A DNA stretch of 63,246 bases, the filler included, from Rhabdomonas costata (lineage: Eukaryota): the NCBI GenBank assembly GCA_019059605.1. It is 40 parts of 40 records of this genome, joined end to end, with 100 filler letters (N's around TTAATTAATTAA, not from the genome) between each part and the next. Parts side by side here need not be neighbours in the genome. Positions count along the whole stretch, not along the records: positions 47,536 to 49,011 come from JAHMHO010014802.1; positions 49,112 to 50,594 come from JAHMHO010014803.1; positions 50,695 to 52,177 come from JAHMHO010014804.1; positions 52,278 to 53,758 come from JAHMHO010014805.1; positions 53,859 to 55,324 come from JAHMHO010014806.1; positions 55,425 to 56,907 come from JAHMHO010014807.1; positions 57,008 to 58,499 come from JAHMHO010014808.1; positions 58,600 to 60,079 come from JAHMHO010014809.1; 32 more parts are not named here. The stretch is one strand, 5' to 3'. The stretch's first letter is position 1. Each line of letters starts with the position of its first letter. The notes beneath the pieces were generated by a model, which saw nothing but the letters and a program-made list of their open reading frames with translations, made no database searches and had not been told where the DNA came from. Position numbers and translations under genes: made by a program. Of the stretch, positions 48,219-61,659 are shown in pieces.

Positions 48219-50694
48219 GTCTGGCGCTGTGCATCTGCAACCGTTCCTCACCACCACACACACACACACACATTCTCGGGAAATTGAATTTCTTTGTGCA
48301 GGGTTGAGTGGGGTTGGGTGGGGGATAGAGAAATCTTCGGCACTGCTCAACGTATAGCAGTTCACAGCGGTACAGGTGTAATTCCCCCCATTCCCTTCCC
48401 ACTGATTACTTTGAGTAGTTATGGACGTTGAGGTGAGAACAGTTTTATTTTGGCAGCATTCTTTCACGAAGCGTTGAAGACCACGTTTCCTCAGGTCATG
48501 TTTCCGCGTCGGCCCTACCGCCCCCCCACCCTCTTGTTGCGGACTGGCGCCACTGGCGTTCGCCCCAAAACTAATGCTGTCCTACTCGACCGGCCATATC
48601 CCAGTCACTGGCGAGTCCTTATCCAGGAGTAGTTTACAGTTGCTAAGCAAAAAATTTATATAAATGGGGCACTGGCAACCTCTAACCCCAACTCCTAACC
48701 CCATAAGTACTGACATGTAATTTAATTTTGATTTAATTAAGGTTGTTTAAGCCAGTTTTCTACTGTTTTCTACACCTTTGTACTAACGCTGGTAACCGTT
48801 ACCACTCCCCAACTTCCATTGGGCCGCTGCTTTTCAATACAGCACACTACTCAAGGTTGATCACTAGGTCTGTGCTGTGATGTGTGTACCTCACCTAGTT
48901 TCAATGAGATCGCACTTGGCTGGTGGAATTCCGCTAGTGCGTTGAGAGGAGGAGGAGGTGAATTATTACGATTTTAATTATATAGAAAACTTAATAATAC
49001 ACCTCCCCCCCNNNNNNNNNNNNNNNNNNNNNNNNNNNNNNNNNNNNNNNNNNNNTTAATTAATTAANNNNNNNNNNNNNNNNNNNNNNNNNNNNNNNNN
49101 NNNNNNNNNNNAGGCCAACAAGGCGCACGTCCCGGTGGGACATTCTACCACGATTCAGACTCACTATTCCCTGTATGGGGGCAGAATTTATACCGTAAAA
49201 TGCCCTAAAATAGGGCAAAACAGTCGAAAATGAGGGGGGAAACATGACCTAGGGGTCACTGTGAGTATTGTGGGTGGAAGTTGACTGTTTTCGAGACTCT
49301 TTAAGAGATCCCTTCATATCAGGGGGGAGAAAGGAGCGGGTGAGGTTTGTATGCGAGAACTCGAATTATTGTCCATTTTCCATTGTCCACTGTGATGGCC
49401 CTTTTTAAATCGAGTTTTGTCAGTTACTCCTCGTCCGGAAGATTTTCGGAATTAAAATTGAAGGCTCAAGACTTCGGAATTCACGTGACCTTTTCTGACG
49501 TTTGGAACATTCCTCCAGCACAAAATCCGCTGCCTTGAACAGCCCAGAACGAGCATACACGTTAAAAAAAGTCTTGCTGAAGTTCTACAGCGCACAATGC
49601 AATGCAAGCACAGTGGACGAGCCCAAGTTATGCAAGAAGGCAACCAGGCACGAGGAGATAGTCACAAAAGAAAAAATGTGCAAAGGCAGGTGGCAAGAAA
49701 GAAACCAACAAAGGAAAAGGAGAAGAGAGCGCGGTACCGTGCAAAAAGCTTTCAACGCATAGAGAAGAAACGAAATGGACGTCGGTAAATCGAGCAGAGC
49801 ACCGCTGCAAGCCGCTTTGCTCGGGCAGCTGCCCCATGAGAGAACTAGACAAGGAGAAAAGAGGGGTATCACATCACATCCAGAGGTATTGTCCACTCCC
49901 GCAAGCATGGGTGAGGGCTGCAAGAGGGAACGGACTGCTGTGACCTGATGAAATCACCCATCGACACCTCACTTCTCCTACGGGCCGCCAAAAGAGCGCG
50001 TGCCCCAGAGACCAACACAAAGGAAAAGATCAATGCGTCCACCCTCAAGCCACAGCCCCATGCACCATCCTCTTCAAGAGCGTCCTCTGCCCAAGGGCAA
50101 ATCCTCAGAAAAATGAAATTGGTCCAATCCAAATGCCAATCCCAAGGATGGTGTGCCCGCTACCTTCCTTCGAGGCAACGCGCATGAAAACACACACGAA
50201 TACAAAACACGAACAGGGGGCGCATTTTCCTCCTCTTGTGGCTACCTCTCAAAGCACACCGTGCGTGGGCGGAAGGGGGAGGGAGAACCCACCGACCACC
50301 ACTACCACCCGAAAAGCATCCCAAGCATCCCAGGGATGCACATATGTCACAAGGGGAGGGGCACACGCACGGGCGCAGAGGCAGCTGCAGCGTTGGCAGC
50401 GCAGCCTTTCCTGTGCAGCATGGGATGGAGAAGAAGGTGAGAACGCGAGGGATCTGAGACGCCGCCGCCGTCAGAAATGCAAAAAAGAATTCACGGACAC
50501 TGAGGGTGCATTACCACACATCCGACCTGGCTTGTGGGAGCAAGCTGTGGATGGGAGGTGACCTGCTCCCAAAATTTATCTGACACCACAACACNNNNNN
50601 NNNNNNNNNNNNNNNNNNNNNNNNNNNNNNNNNNNNNNTTAATTAATTAANNNNNNNNNNNNNNNNNNNNNNNNNNNNNNNNNNNNNNNNNNNN

Positions 50695-51490
50695 GTGGTG
50701 GGTGTGTTTGGTGGTTTGGGGAGGCGAGAGAAGGGCAGCAGCCAAGCACTGTCTCAATGGCAGGGCTGGAGAGCGAGTCGCACTGCTCCAGTACAAGGCT
50801 GGAGAGGTGGCCACGACAGCGCTGAACCAGGGCGACGACAACCTCATCGCTGACCCAACGATTATAAGATACATCAAGCAATCGCAAGGGTGGCCCCTGG
50901 GGGGTATTTTCCAAGGAATTCATCAGAGGTGCACGCTGCACAACTGCGCAGCTTCGGAGAAGAAGGCTCCTCAAAGACAAGCATTCTCGGACCACTGCGC
51001 AAAGGCCCACTTCAGAGACTGCAGTTCCACTGAGGTCCAGGAAAGTCAGCCGAGGACTGTGACTACAGAGTGAAAGCACACCCTCATCGGAAATCCGCAC
51101 GCAATCCCGGAGACGAAGATCCCGAAGAGATGAGCTGAAAAGCGCCATTGCCTGTACCCCGGCGTCCGATAGCAGCTCACACCCCGTCACGTCGACAGCC
51201 TGCAGCCCGGGACAGCCCGTAGTCAAGGCAGCAACTCCATTGTTTGTGACCAACAGAAAGTTTGGGATGCTCGCGGAAGTCAGTGAGGGGCAGTGCTTAG
51301 CAAACCGTGAGAGGGTCTCGTCGGTAATGCGATTGATGTCGGTTGGCCCGATGCGACAGACCGGAGTGTACTGCAGCAGAGCTCTGCCGAAAGCCCGGGA
51401 GACCATCCGCAGGCACCACAACTCCGCAAAAGTGAAAAACGTTGAGATCAGAGCAAGCAACTCAGATGGAAAAATTTGGGTGAAAGGCAT
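50695..51490 (-). CDS. F-box/leucine-rich repeat protein (FBXL type), 3' truncated
   Basis: F-box FPSELLALISTFFTFAELWCLRMVSRAF followed by cysteine-containing LRRs (CPGLQAVDVTGCELLSDAGV, LRDLRLRDCVRISDEGV). Confidence 0.93.
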
Positions 51491-52503
51491 GTTCCGAGAA
51501 GCAATGAGAAATGGGAAAGAAATTCAGAAGCACAACACTCTTCTTGTCAAAAGTATCTGCAGGGAATTATACGAGGCAACAGTGGAAATCTGTCGACCGC
51601 AAAAAAATCCTTGCAGTGCAATCGCCTTTCTGACGACAATTTAAGTATAAAGAAGACAGAGAAAAGGAAGGTGTGAGTAGCAATTTAGAAGCAAGGTAAG
51701 AAGGTGTGTGAACGGGCAATGCAAAAGATAACACATAAAACGAGTGAAGGAGGAACGAAATTACCACAAGGATGCCGCAAAATCTTGGGTCGGCATGGCC
51801 ACGTACTCAGGTGAGCAGGCTTCAGAATTTCTGAAGATAATGCAAGTCGCCTTCCTCACCTTCACCCATGGCTGGGGGCTACCTCAATATAACTTACTCC
51901 TGTAGTACCCAGTCCACCAAAAGTCCTTGAATCCTTGCTTCAAAAAATGATATTAGTCTTCTTTTCCTTCAGTCACCCTTATCGCAAACATCCCCAGAGG
52001 GATCCCCCCATACAATTAAGCCCATCCATACCCAACACTAACTTGTTCCAAAAACTGCTCTGCGCCAATACTGATGGCATCCCATTCACAATGTTGCACC
52101 CAGGTAACGGCAACACACCACCAACGGTTTAGTCAGCAACGGTAACGGCACAAAAACTCCTCTCGCGACACCAAAACNNNNNNNNNNNNNNNNNNNNNNN
52201 NNNNNNNNNNNNNNNNNNNNNTTAATTAATTAANNNNNNNNNNNNNNNNNNNNNNNNNNNNNNNNNNNNNNNNNNNNTGTGTTGGGAGAGTTTGGGCAGG
52301 AGCCACCGCAACCCCCCGGGCGCCCACCAGCAGGTACAGCAGGGCTGCCAGGGATTGTCCCAGCAGGGGCCGAGGAGAAGAGGACGCGGCCCCGCTGCCC
52401 GGGAAGTACTCCTCCGCCTTTGGCAATGAAAGCCGATGCAGAGTCATAACGCAGATTCAGTTGGACATGAGAAGGTACGAAATCGATGGAGGCGGTGACT
52501 CAC

Positions 52504-52693
52504 CCGGGACATATCGGTTGACGATGAGCCCGCCACACAGAGGCTTTGATCGATCTGTTGGGGGGCCGAGAAAACGAAAAGCAGCAGTGCTTCGGACCTT
52601 GAGGTAGACCCCGTCACAGCCCATCGCGAAGGGTACTTTGGCCTGGCGAAGTCGGGAGGAGAGGCGGTGCACCTGGGCCTGAATCCAGTCCAC
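52504..52693 (-). CDS. Exon of an unknown protein (LIVNRYVPG weakly recalls AlkB-type 2OG-Fe(II) enzymes)
   Basis: AG/GT-bounded VDWIQAQVHRLSSRLRQAKVPF...GGLIVNRYVP; no HxD motif found downstream. Confidence 0.35.
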
Positions 52694-53327
52694 CTATGAC
52701 ATGAGCACCAGGGTCAACCAAATGTCAAATCGCCACCTTTCCCAGGTCAGCGCCAGTTGTAGGCCAGTTAAGGCCGTTAAGGCCAGTTCCAACCATGGGA
52801 TTCCCGCTCTGCAGCAGCTGCCCCGTCGGATTCCCAAACAATGAGGATTTGGTCTCGAATCACCGTGCAACCTCACTGAAACAACAGTACTGCAAAAAAC
52901 AAATCTTTCAAAAACCACTCGCACCTCCATCGCTTCATTCCCAGCTGCAGGCTTCAAAGAAGAGCACGCTCGAAGAGGGCTCAAGCACAAACGGTAACCA
53001 AGGTTTCTGTCAGTGTTCAGCCAACGGCATGGTTGATACTGCAGACGATCGGAGGAAAAGGAGGAGGAGGAGGGGGCAGGCCTTGGGCTCCCAGCACATT
53101 CCGGCCAAACCGGAAGCGAGCATCTCCATCGTCCGCCCGGCATTTCCTCCGTAGGTGTGCATTCCTTCGTACTGCCACGTCTGCAGGTGGGGCGCAATGA
53201 AAGGGGGGAGTCAAGCGCAAGAGTACAGGCAGACCCTTCAAAATGAAGGGGAGCACCAAGGGAAACAACAGAAGCGAATGCCCAACGCAACAACATACTC
53301 TACTCCAGCGACAACACGCATTTAAAT

Positions 53328-53755
53328 CAGTGCTGGTGCACTGGTGCACTGGCGTGCAGGTGGCCGGACGGTGCGCCAGCCTGCAGTCTTTTTTCTTATC
53401 AAAGCCCAAGTCCGATGTAAAGCCAGTGCAAGAACAAAACGTCCTTCCAAGCCTGTGTAAAGGCAGGAAGGGCTCAAAAACACCTCAAAAAGGGCCCTTG
53501 AATGGCCTCTAGGGTGGCTGTAAACCCAAACATTCCGGCCCACCCCGGTACCAGCATGAAGTACTCCGGGCTCTACCCTAAGGTATGTTAAGCAGGGGCG
53601 GCCGAAAGCTAAGGCTCAGTGTGCAGGCCTGCAAAGGTCCGAAAAGTGCACCCCGGGCCCTTGAATTTTTCCGTCGAAAAGGGCCAAAATGGGGCCTTGA
53701 AGGGGTCATGTCCAGGCGTAGAGAAGAGTCCGAAGCCGGGAAGCGGCCAACCAAC
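53328..53755 (-). repeat. Dispersed repeat family, copy 2 (homologous to 5712-6095)
   Basis: The reverse complement aligns collinearly with 5712-6095. The boundary reads CAGTGCTG on the + strand at 53328. Confidence 0.9.
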
Positions 53756-53887
53756 CCCNNNNNNNNNNNNNNNNNNNNNNNNNNNNNNNNNNNNNNNNNN
53801 NNTTAATTAATTAANNNNNNNNNNNNNNNNNNNNNNNNNNNNNNNNNNNNNNNNNNNNTGTGGTGTTTTTCAGGTGCCCACCCCCGT

Positions 53888-55128
53888 CACCTGACGCGGC
53901 ACCCGCACAATGTTCTCAATCGTCTGCTGCACGGGGGTGGGCACCTGAAAAACACCAAGAAAAACCCCCATCATCGGCACAAACACCACAAACGACTGCG
54001 AAAATAAGGCACTGAAAAGGGCCACAATGAGAGGACAGCATATGCGGATGCCCACAGCGCCCACCTGGCGGTGGATGATGCGCTCCACGGGCACGGGCAC
54101 GGCCTTCTCCACGATCTGCTCCACGGGCACGGGCACAGAGACGGGCTCCGGCACGGGCCTCGGGACCTTAACTTGCACGGTCTGCACCACCCCGCACAAT
54201 CAATGAGCAGATTGGATCACCAAAAAAAAAACGTAGCAAAAGTCAATACGGGCGGCGGATCAACCGCCCAGACCAGTTGACCAGCTAACGAAGCCATGCA
54301 CAAAACACGAAATGACAAACCCAAACCCATAGCGCCTCCTCTTACAAAGGACAACAGGCCATAAAAAACTAGACCTGCTCCACGGTGTACTCCACAGGGT
54401 ACAGCTGCTCCACCTCACGCACGGTCTCCACGGGAACAGGCACCTCCACCTGGCGCGTCACCTCCACGGGCACAGGGGTCTGCCAAGAGCCACAAAAACA
54501 AAAACAAAAACAAAACAAAGAACGCAGTCGCATCACCACCACACAAAAACGCAGAACCGCACGCGAGTTTCACCGCAAGAGCGTTTCGGGATAAAGTACA
54601 CACAAACGCAAAACGCAAGCACACACCGTGCGAGTCACGATCTGCTCCACGGGAACCTGCACCTGCACGGGCTCCGGAATCACCACATCGTACGGAACCT
54701 GCGACCCAACGAAAAAAACAAAGAGGGTCAATGCGATTCAATAGCACATTGGTATCCCACACCACGCAAACAAAAAAAAAATGAAACGCAAAGGCCCACC
54801 TGCACTTCCTTCGTCACAACGCGGGAGCAGGTGTGGGTCACCGTGCGCTGCACCACCTTCTCCACTAAACAGAGAGAACACAACTCCATTACAGAAGGAG
54901 GCAAAAAGGGCGGAAAGAGAAGCACAAAGGACAGAACTTTTCCTGAGCAAAACGAGCGTCAACCGTCAGTAAAAACGAAAAAAGAATCACAAACAACAGA
55001 TTGATAAACTTTGCAACCCAACGGAGCAGAGCACGTCCGAAAAACCCAGCCAGTAAAAATCATTGCATCACACCGGGGTAGGGGACCTGGCGATCCACAA
55101 CCTTCTCCACGGTGTACGGCACCCTAAC
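53888..55128 (-). CDS. Articulin-type pellicle/epiplasm protein (VPV repeats); exons 55128-55074, 54864-54800, 54698-54627, 54479-54375, 54181-54065, 53944-~53888
   Basis: Spliced VRVPYTVEKVVDRQVPYPVEKVVQ...VPYDVVIPEPVQVQVPVEQIV...VEVPVPVETVREVEQ...VPVPVERIIHRQVPTPV; five phase-consistent GT-AG introns. Confidence 0.9.
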
Positions 55129-55860
55129 CTGAAACCAAGGAAAGCGACTTTTCCCCGAAGTACTCCACAACCCACTGGCAGGGGCTTTCTGAAAAGAAAG
55201 GAAGCGAATGTCAAAACAGCTGCTGGAAGAGCGGAGCTCAGCGATAAAAAATCGGACAAGGGGGCAACGGCAAAGGCTCAGCGCAAGGGCACGGGGAAAA
55301 ACAGGTGCAGAGAGACAGACAGAGNNNNNNNNNNNNNNNNNNNNNNNNNNNNNNNNNNNNNNNNNNNNTTAATTAATTAANNNNNNNNNNNNNNNNNNNN
55401 NNNNNNNNNNNNNNNNNNNNNNNNGCGATACGTATGGGAAGGTGGGAGGCACATTGAGGGCAGCTCTTGTCCGTTCCTTCACGTTGCTGGTCTGCTGTAG
55501 CAGCACAGGAAGCAGTGAAACGGGAATTATTCCACAGGAAAGCAGGGGAAAATGGGGTGAATAGGAATGGAACCTTCACCTGCACCGACCCCCTCCCAAG
55601 AAGAGTATCATCTAGTTGGAGAGTTGGGAATGAACCGCTCCCGGTGAAGCCCTTTCCTGCGAAACTTTCATTTCCAGCACTTCCTCAAACTCAAAACAGT
55701 CAATCCTGTCAAATCGAAAACCAATTAAAGAAAATTGTCATACTCCACAACGCCCACTCTACCACTAAACTGGCCGCACATCCTATTGCACACAAACCTC
55801 ATCGCTCCGCTTGCACCACCGTTTCAAACGGGAGCCAATAAGGCCGCAGAGGTCCGCTAC

Positions 55861-56896
55861 TCGGCTTTTCTGAGGTTTCTCGGACGCCTCGGAGAGCTCG
55901 CGTCCCTGCCGGAACCAGAAGCCACGAAGTAAGAACCCGAGAAGGAACGACACACAGCAGGTAGAACGATTTCACTAGCGCTCATCATGCAGGATGGAGG
56001 GACCAGAGACGCTTTATTACCCACGAAAAAACAACAAAGCAAAGCCGAAGTACACCTCAAGGCTCACCCCAGGCTCTCGGATAATGTTCTCGAAAATCAT
56101 CCGGAGCTCTTCCACGCCCAGCCCGTCTGCCTCCACCTCATCCCATCTGCGGCCACAGCCGATCTCCACGGAATTGCGCACCGCGTCTTCGGGCACGTCT
56201 ATCCCGACTTCCCTAACAAGGGAAGAATAACCTTGGGGGACTCAATGCAATTGAGATGGATGACAGCAACACGCTGCAGCGCGGTTTCAGTACGGTCTAA
56301 TGTTTTTGTTTGGGGGGGGGGGCGTTACACGTCATAACGCCGTTATGCCGTTTAACGCCCCCATAAGAAATAGACCAGACCCGAACTTTTTCGTTTGACT
56401 TTGGGAGAATTGTCTGTTAGTCTTTCTTCTTCAGCAATTCTGTTGTAAAAGCTTTCTAGCATCATGCAATGTGCTTGCGACCATCCGTGTACATGGGTGG
56501 GCCCCAATATTGACTGCTAATTCCCTGGCACCGGAGTGCGCCAGAATGCAACGATCGTTGTCAAGCTGGACTGAAGAAACCAAAAAAAAAAGAACTCACG
56601 TGCATGTTACATGACAACAGCTGAATAGCGTGTGCGCCTGCGGTGCCTCTCTCTCCGTGTCGATGTGTGAACGGAGACGACCTGAGGACGTACACAATCT
56701 TGCTGCTCGGAAGCGTCCCGCTCTCAGCATATGCCAGGTAGGCTTGCTCCAGAGCTTGGGTGTCGAAGATGGGCTGAGACGTGGTCTCGCCTGGGCTGAC
56801 AGGAAGCTCACCCGCTGAATATGCAGGGCTGGATGCCATCCCAACCTCTTCCGTCAAGAGTCGGAGGACAGTATTTGGCAAAGAGTGTCGCTCCAC
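55861..56896 (-). CDS. Degenerate EF-hand-like protein fragment; exons ~56896-56682, 56212-56068, ~55905-55861
   Basis: ALEQAYLAYAESGTLPSSKIVYVLR/EVGIDVPEDAVRNSV...GLGVEELRMIFE follows calmodulin-like helix-loop-helix spacing without canonical loops. Confidence 0.5.
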
Positions 56897-57848
56897 CCCC
56901 CAAACCCNNNNNNNNNNNNNNNNNNNNNNNNNNNNNNNNNNNNNNNNNNNNTTAATTAATTAANNNNNNNNNNNNNNNNNNNNNNNNNNNNNNNNNNNNN
57001 NNNNNNNATTGCGATGCACGAGCGAGGGGGGGGGGCAACATGTATGTGGTTAGGGAGCTATGCCTAGCTCCAATTCTGTGCTATATTACGCAGAACTGTT
57101 CTCTCTTTTTGGTTTACAATATCTATTCTCTCACGACTGGAAGTTTTCAGTTTATTTTACAAAATGTGGGGTTCTGTCTGCGCCCGGACAATGAATGATT
57201 GCCCGACTCACCCCAAATGAGATTGCTCAATGTACAAAAAACGATGTCGAAACGATGGCGAAAAAAAAGCGACATGAAAAATCACCATAAGTGGTCTAGC
57301 AGCTTGAAAGGATCTTTTTTCCTTGGGTTCCTTTTGTGATTTTTTGTGAGCTAACTTTTGACATGACGCGAAGCTTATAATGCTATAGGATCATTGACTT
57401 GAAATCAGCTTGTATTAAGGCATCCCTCATATTGCTGTCCACAGTCCAGATCACCACAGAAATCCTGACCACGAGCTAGGCTCCTGCATCCATTCGAGAA
57501 TCCACAGCGCGAGTGAGGTCCCATGTTCGTGATGTTCGTTTGGATGGAACTCCAAGTGAAACATCCCACTGCGCTTAGGTTGCCTTCTTCTCTCTCTCTC
57601 GCATCCGCCTTGCTCATTGCAAATGATAGCATCTGCATTACTTTTGACATCTCACCAATATGCAATATAATCCAAGCAAGATCCGATCATGCGTATACAC
57701 ACACAAGGCAGGGAAAGCTCTTAAAAATTGTTTTTTTGGGGACAATGTTCCGGAGTACTGCATTTGTGGGTGTGCCTTGGTAAACTTGGTAAATATGGTT
57801 AATATGGTAAATATATGCACATGGCGCGCAGACGTGACGGCAACGCAC

Positions 57849-58004
57849 ATCTGGGGTGCCCTTGGCAAGATCAATGCACTTGTCGTAGCACAGCAGCGCC
57901 TCGCGGATTTTGCCCTCGTCACGCAGGACAACGCCCAAGTTGTTGTACGCCACAGCGTACTGCGGGCTCAGCTGAATCGCTCGCTCAAAGAGGACAATGG
58001 CGTC
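57849..58004 (-). CDS. TPR-repeat exon (SPINDLY/OGT-like)
   Basis: 156-nt phase-0 exon DAIVLFERAIQLSPQYAVAYNNLGVVLRDEGKIREALLCYDKCIDL. Confidence 0.88.
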
Positions 58005-58011
58005 CTTAAAA

Positions 58012-58073
<62 letters not shown>

Positions 58074-59281
58074 CAGCAGCAGCACAAGAAACCATCAAAA
58101 CACATACTGAGTTGGGTGTAAAGGGCAAACGCTGGCAAGGACACTGTCAGGCAACGAAGTTGGCTCGAATCCATATCACGGTCTAACACGCTGGTCTCGA
58201 TTAGGCGTTAAGATAAAGGTAGCTCTCTGGCCCCACCCCAACCACACACACACACACACACACACTTGGTGCACTTCGCAAGGATGAATTCTTTTCTGGG
58301 GAGGACTCGAGGTCCACTTCCCCCCACGGAAAATCACAACAAAAGAATAAACTTCGTCAGGTGCAAGGAATACAGGCGCGGTTTCTGTCCGTTTTGACTA
58401 GAACAGATGTAAGTGACAGGGAGAGCTTAGAGTAACGGGAAACAGCCCTGCACAGCCCAGCCCAGCGGGGAAAATACCACGGAAAATTACACCAAACCCN
58501 NNNNNNNNNNNNNNNNNNNNNNNNNNNNNNNNNNNNNNNNNNNTTAATTAATTAANNNNNNNNNNNNNNNNNNNNNNNNNNNNNNNNNNNNNNNNNNNNT
58601 TTTTGGCTGCAGGGTCGGGCCGGAAGGTTGGGACAGGGAATGAAGTAATAAAAAATAGTGCCTTGTGGTGGCCAACAGAGCGTCGAGAGGGTGAGTGCGG
58701 CAAGCTTGCCCTGTGGATTCCGAAGGTTTGGTCTGTTTGAAACTCCAGGCATCTTTGCAGGAGGTTGCGAATGGCGGTCCGTTTTCTCTCCAGAAGACTT
58801 CAAGTTGCTCTGGAGAGCGGTGTCTTAAGTCGACTGTAGGATTCACGCGTGCGAACACTTTTTGTGAACTGCCTCTTGTTTAGCTATAATGGATGAGGAC
58901 AAGTCTTCCACCATTATCATTTTTCCATGAAACGAAAAAACGATTGGGTTCTTTGTGTCCGTTGGGCACCCTTCCCTTCTTCCACAGAGGGACAGATTTA
59001 TCCCATAAAGAAAAAACAATTCAGAGAGCGTAAAGAACTGCAAGCGTTGCTCCTAATCCAAGCATGAACTCACAGGTCTGCCCCACACTTCAAGCTAGTT
59101 GTGTTTTGTGTGAACTATGCAATTTTAAGAGCCGAAAATAAACGTCCAAAAGCTCCCGGACACCCGGTGTTTTTGTTCGCTGATTACGTCTTTATTTACC
59201 TCTTTTTGTTTTGACTCGGGAAGCTTCGGACTTGGTAGACCTACCCACGCTTGCTTCCACTGTTCTTCTATAAAAAAAAAG

Positions 59282-59457
59282 GCAAGCCGATTCCCCGCCG
59301 CTCCGATGACCTCGACAACTCCAAGGCTCTGCTTGCCCTGCTGCGTGCGTTTCCCAACAGCGACCGTGGCGCTGCGATCTCCGAGGCGAAGAGTCGTGGC
59401 TTGAGTAACGTGGTGGCCCTGCTGCTGGGCGGCGCGCGCCCACTGAGCTGTTCCTGA
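59282..59457 (+). CDS. Putative terminal exon (ankyrin-like helix pair)
   Basis: GC-rich KPIPRRSDDLDNSKALLALL...AAISEAKSRGLSNVVALLLGG, ending in TGA. Confidence 0.4.
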
Positions 59458-60199
59458 TCGGACTCTGGCCTAATGAATCACTTATGTGTTTCTGTGGCCG
59501 GTTGCAGTCAGTGTTCTTGGAGCTGCGTCTCTAGAGAGACACCTTGGTTCATGCTCATCCCTCCCTGTGGGGGTTTTGGCGTGTGCTTTGCGACGATTGT
59601 GTTCCTTTCCTATTGTGCAGACTCCGTGAGTTGCCTTAGCTTTCTTTCCATCGCTCTCTTCCTCCCTCTCTTGATCTCTTTTTCTGCCAACTGTTTTCGT
59701 GCTTTGATTGGACACGGGACGGGTAGCCTATGCTGATGACTGAACACACCTGTAAAAGGGAGATTTTTGATGTCGCCTGGACCTCCCCGCCCCTTCTGAG
59801 TGCATTTGCTGCTAGTGTACGAGGTTGCCAGGCGTTATTCTGCGGTGATTGGTTGGGTCCTCGGCCTTGCCGAGGTGTTCATTGCGCTGGGAAACTTTCC
59901 AAAAATGGTTTCGGTGACAAAAGCTGCTCACACCATGTGAAAGCGCAAAGCGGCAATGATTGACTGAAAGCTCGTTTTCCTTCCAGCTGATTCTTTCTAC
60001 CAGAGGGAGACCAAAAGCCCGATCTTCAGCAAATGATGCAGGATTGCCCCTTTGCTCCTCCCCTGCCTCCCCTAATGGCNNNNNNNNNNNNNNNNNNNNN
60101 NNNNNNNNNNNNNNNNNNNNNNNTTAATTAATTAANNNNNNNNNNNNNNNNNNNNNNNNNNNNNNNNNNNNNNNNNNNNTGGGGTACGCATCTGCATAT

Positions 60200-60745
60200 G
60201 CTTGGAGGACGGTGAATGCGAACCGTGGTTCCCGTCCTCATTCACCGTCCTCCAAGCATATGCAGATGCGTACCCCAGATGTATGATACCAAATAACTGT
60301 GGTCAACGTTCTCCAGCTTTTGGCAAAACAAACTTCATGACATATTGCCCTGCTCCTAACCTTCACATATTACACAGGAAGAATCTTTCAAACCAAGCAA
60401 ACTATAGACTGCGGGTAAGAGTCTAACCTTTGCGCTGCCCCCCAGACGATGGAGCGCGGCTTGCTCCAAACCTCCACAGGCGACCACTGGAGATCGCGGC
60501 GAAACAACACAGTGCTCGCAAAAAGCATTCACATTCCCTTCGCCCGCTGTGCAGTCAGAAACGGAGTCGCAAGTTCTTGCAACACCGAAGAACGAGCCGC
60601 GATGCCTCATTCCACCATATACACGGCCTCTGACGGCACTGGGACAGCACAGAAAGGAAAAGCGTTGAAGCGCCGTGCCCGGATGGGGGGCCGGACCTTT
60701 TGGGGGAGGGAGGTCAAGGCCTTCCATAGAGGCAACACATCATTG
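60200..60745 (+). mobile_element. Degenerate non-LTR (LINE-type) reverse transcriptase, N-terminal subdomains
   Basis: Across frameshifts: EDG..E, CMIP, ILHRKNLSNQANYR (~K....NYRPI), TMERGLL/RL, KQHSARKKHS (~QxGFR..RS) and IYTASD (~DxxKAFD), in the expected order. Confidence 0.5.
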
Positions 60746-61481
60746 CTTGCAGAAGAGAAGGACAAAGTCGCTGCCCTTTCTTCGCTATACAAGTGAGACT
60801 TAAAAGCACGAGGCTCCAGGGTTCAAGAGTTGGGGGGAGGATGGAGAGGGCACATTCAGTCTCTGACCAAAGGGTGCAGGAAAGGAGACACATAGGGAAC
60901 ATCCGACACAGACAACAGCAGAAAAGTTCCCTTGTTAAAAAAACAGCTTGAGCAGTGAGAGGCAGGAGGGAAGGGAGACATACTGGAGTTACATGTGATG
61001 TGCACAAACACTGGAATCAGACCCAGGAGAAAAATGCACAACGCCCAAATTCGGCAGGCGACAGCGGATCAAGGCAAGTGAGGATATGGCGAGGCAACCG
61101 AGATGTGAGGTATCATACATCGTTGAATGAAAAGACCCCCATACACACAGTGGGGAGAACACCAATGTCAGGCAAAAACACCCTACCCCCAACAAAAGTC
61201 GACCTTCCTGGAAAAGCACACACGACCTGGAGCCAAGGGACAAAAAAAACGACACCACCTTCTCCCGCGGCAGTATCGAAGCAGACCTACAGCAATACTT
61301 GTTCCAGTCAGATAGACCGCGGCACTGTGGAGCTAAGCCGTGGACAAACGAAGGGGTGAAGGCGATGAAAAAGCAAAGACCACCATACATAGGGGCACAC
61401 ACGCGCCCCGGGACAAACTAAACCACTCAAAGCATTTTAGGGCACCGATGGAGCGCAGGGCAGGCTCCCCTGAGATGGCGA

Positions 61482-61659
61482 TGGCATTCTAGGGAATCAC
61501 AGAACGGCAAACTGAACGGGAAACGGAACGTCGCTGAGAATAATAAGGTGACAACGTGAGCACAATTTGCGCAAAATGTGCTCACGTTGTCACCTTATTA
61601 TTCTCAGCGACGTTCCGTTTCCCGTTCAGTTTGCCGTTCTGTGATTCCCTAGAATGCCA
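61482..61659. repeat. Near-perfect 178-bp palindrome at a contig end (probable amplification fold-back)
   Basis: The two 89-nt arms differ at one position near the centre (61570/61571); the right arm runs into the contig end. Confidence 0.9.

Noticed and set aside
54182..54192. Apparent GG splice acceptor in the articulin gene
   Set aside because: A canonical CAG nine bases downstream gives an in-frame VEQ/TVQVKVP junction.
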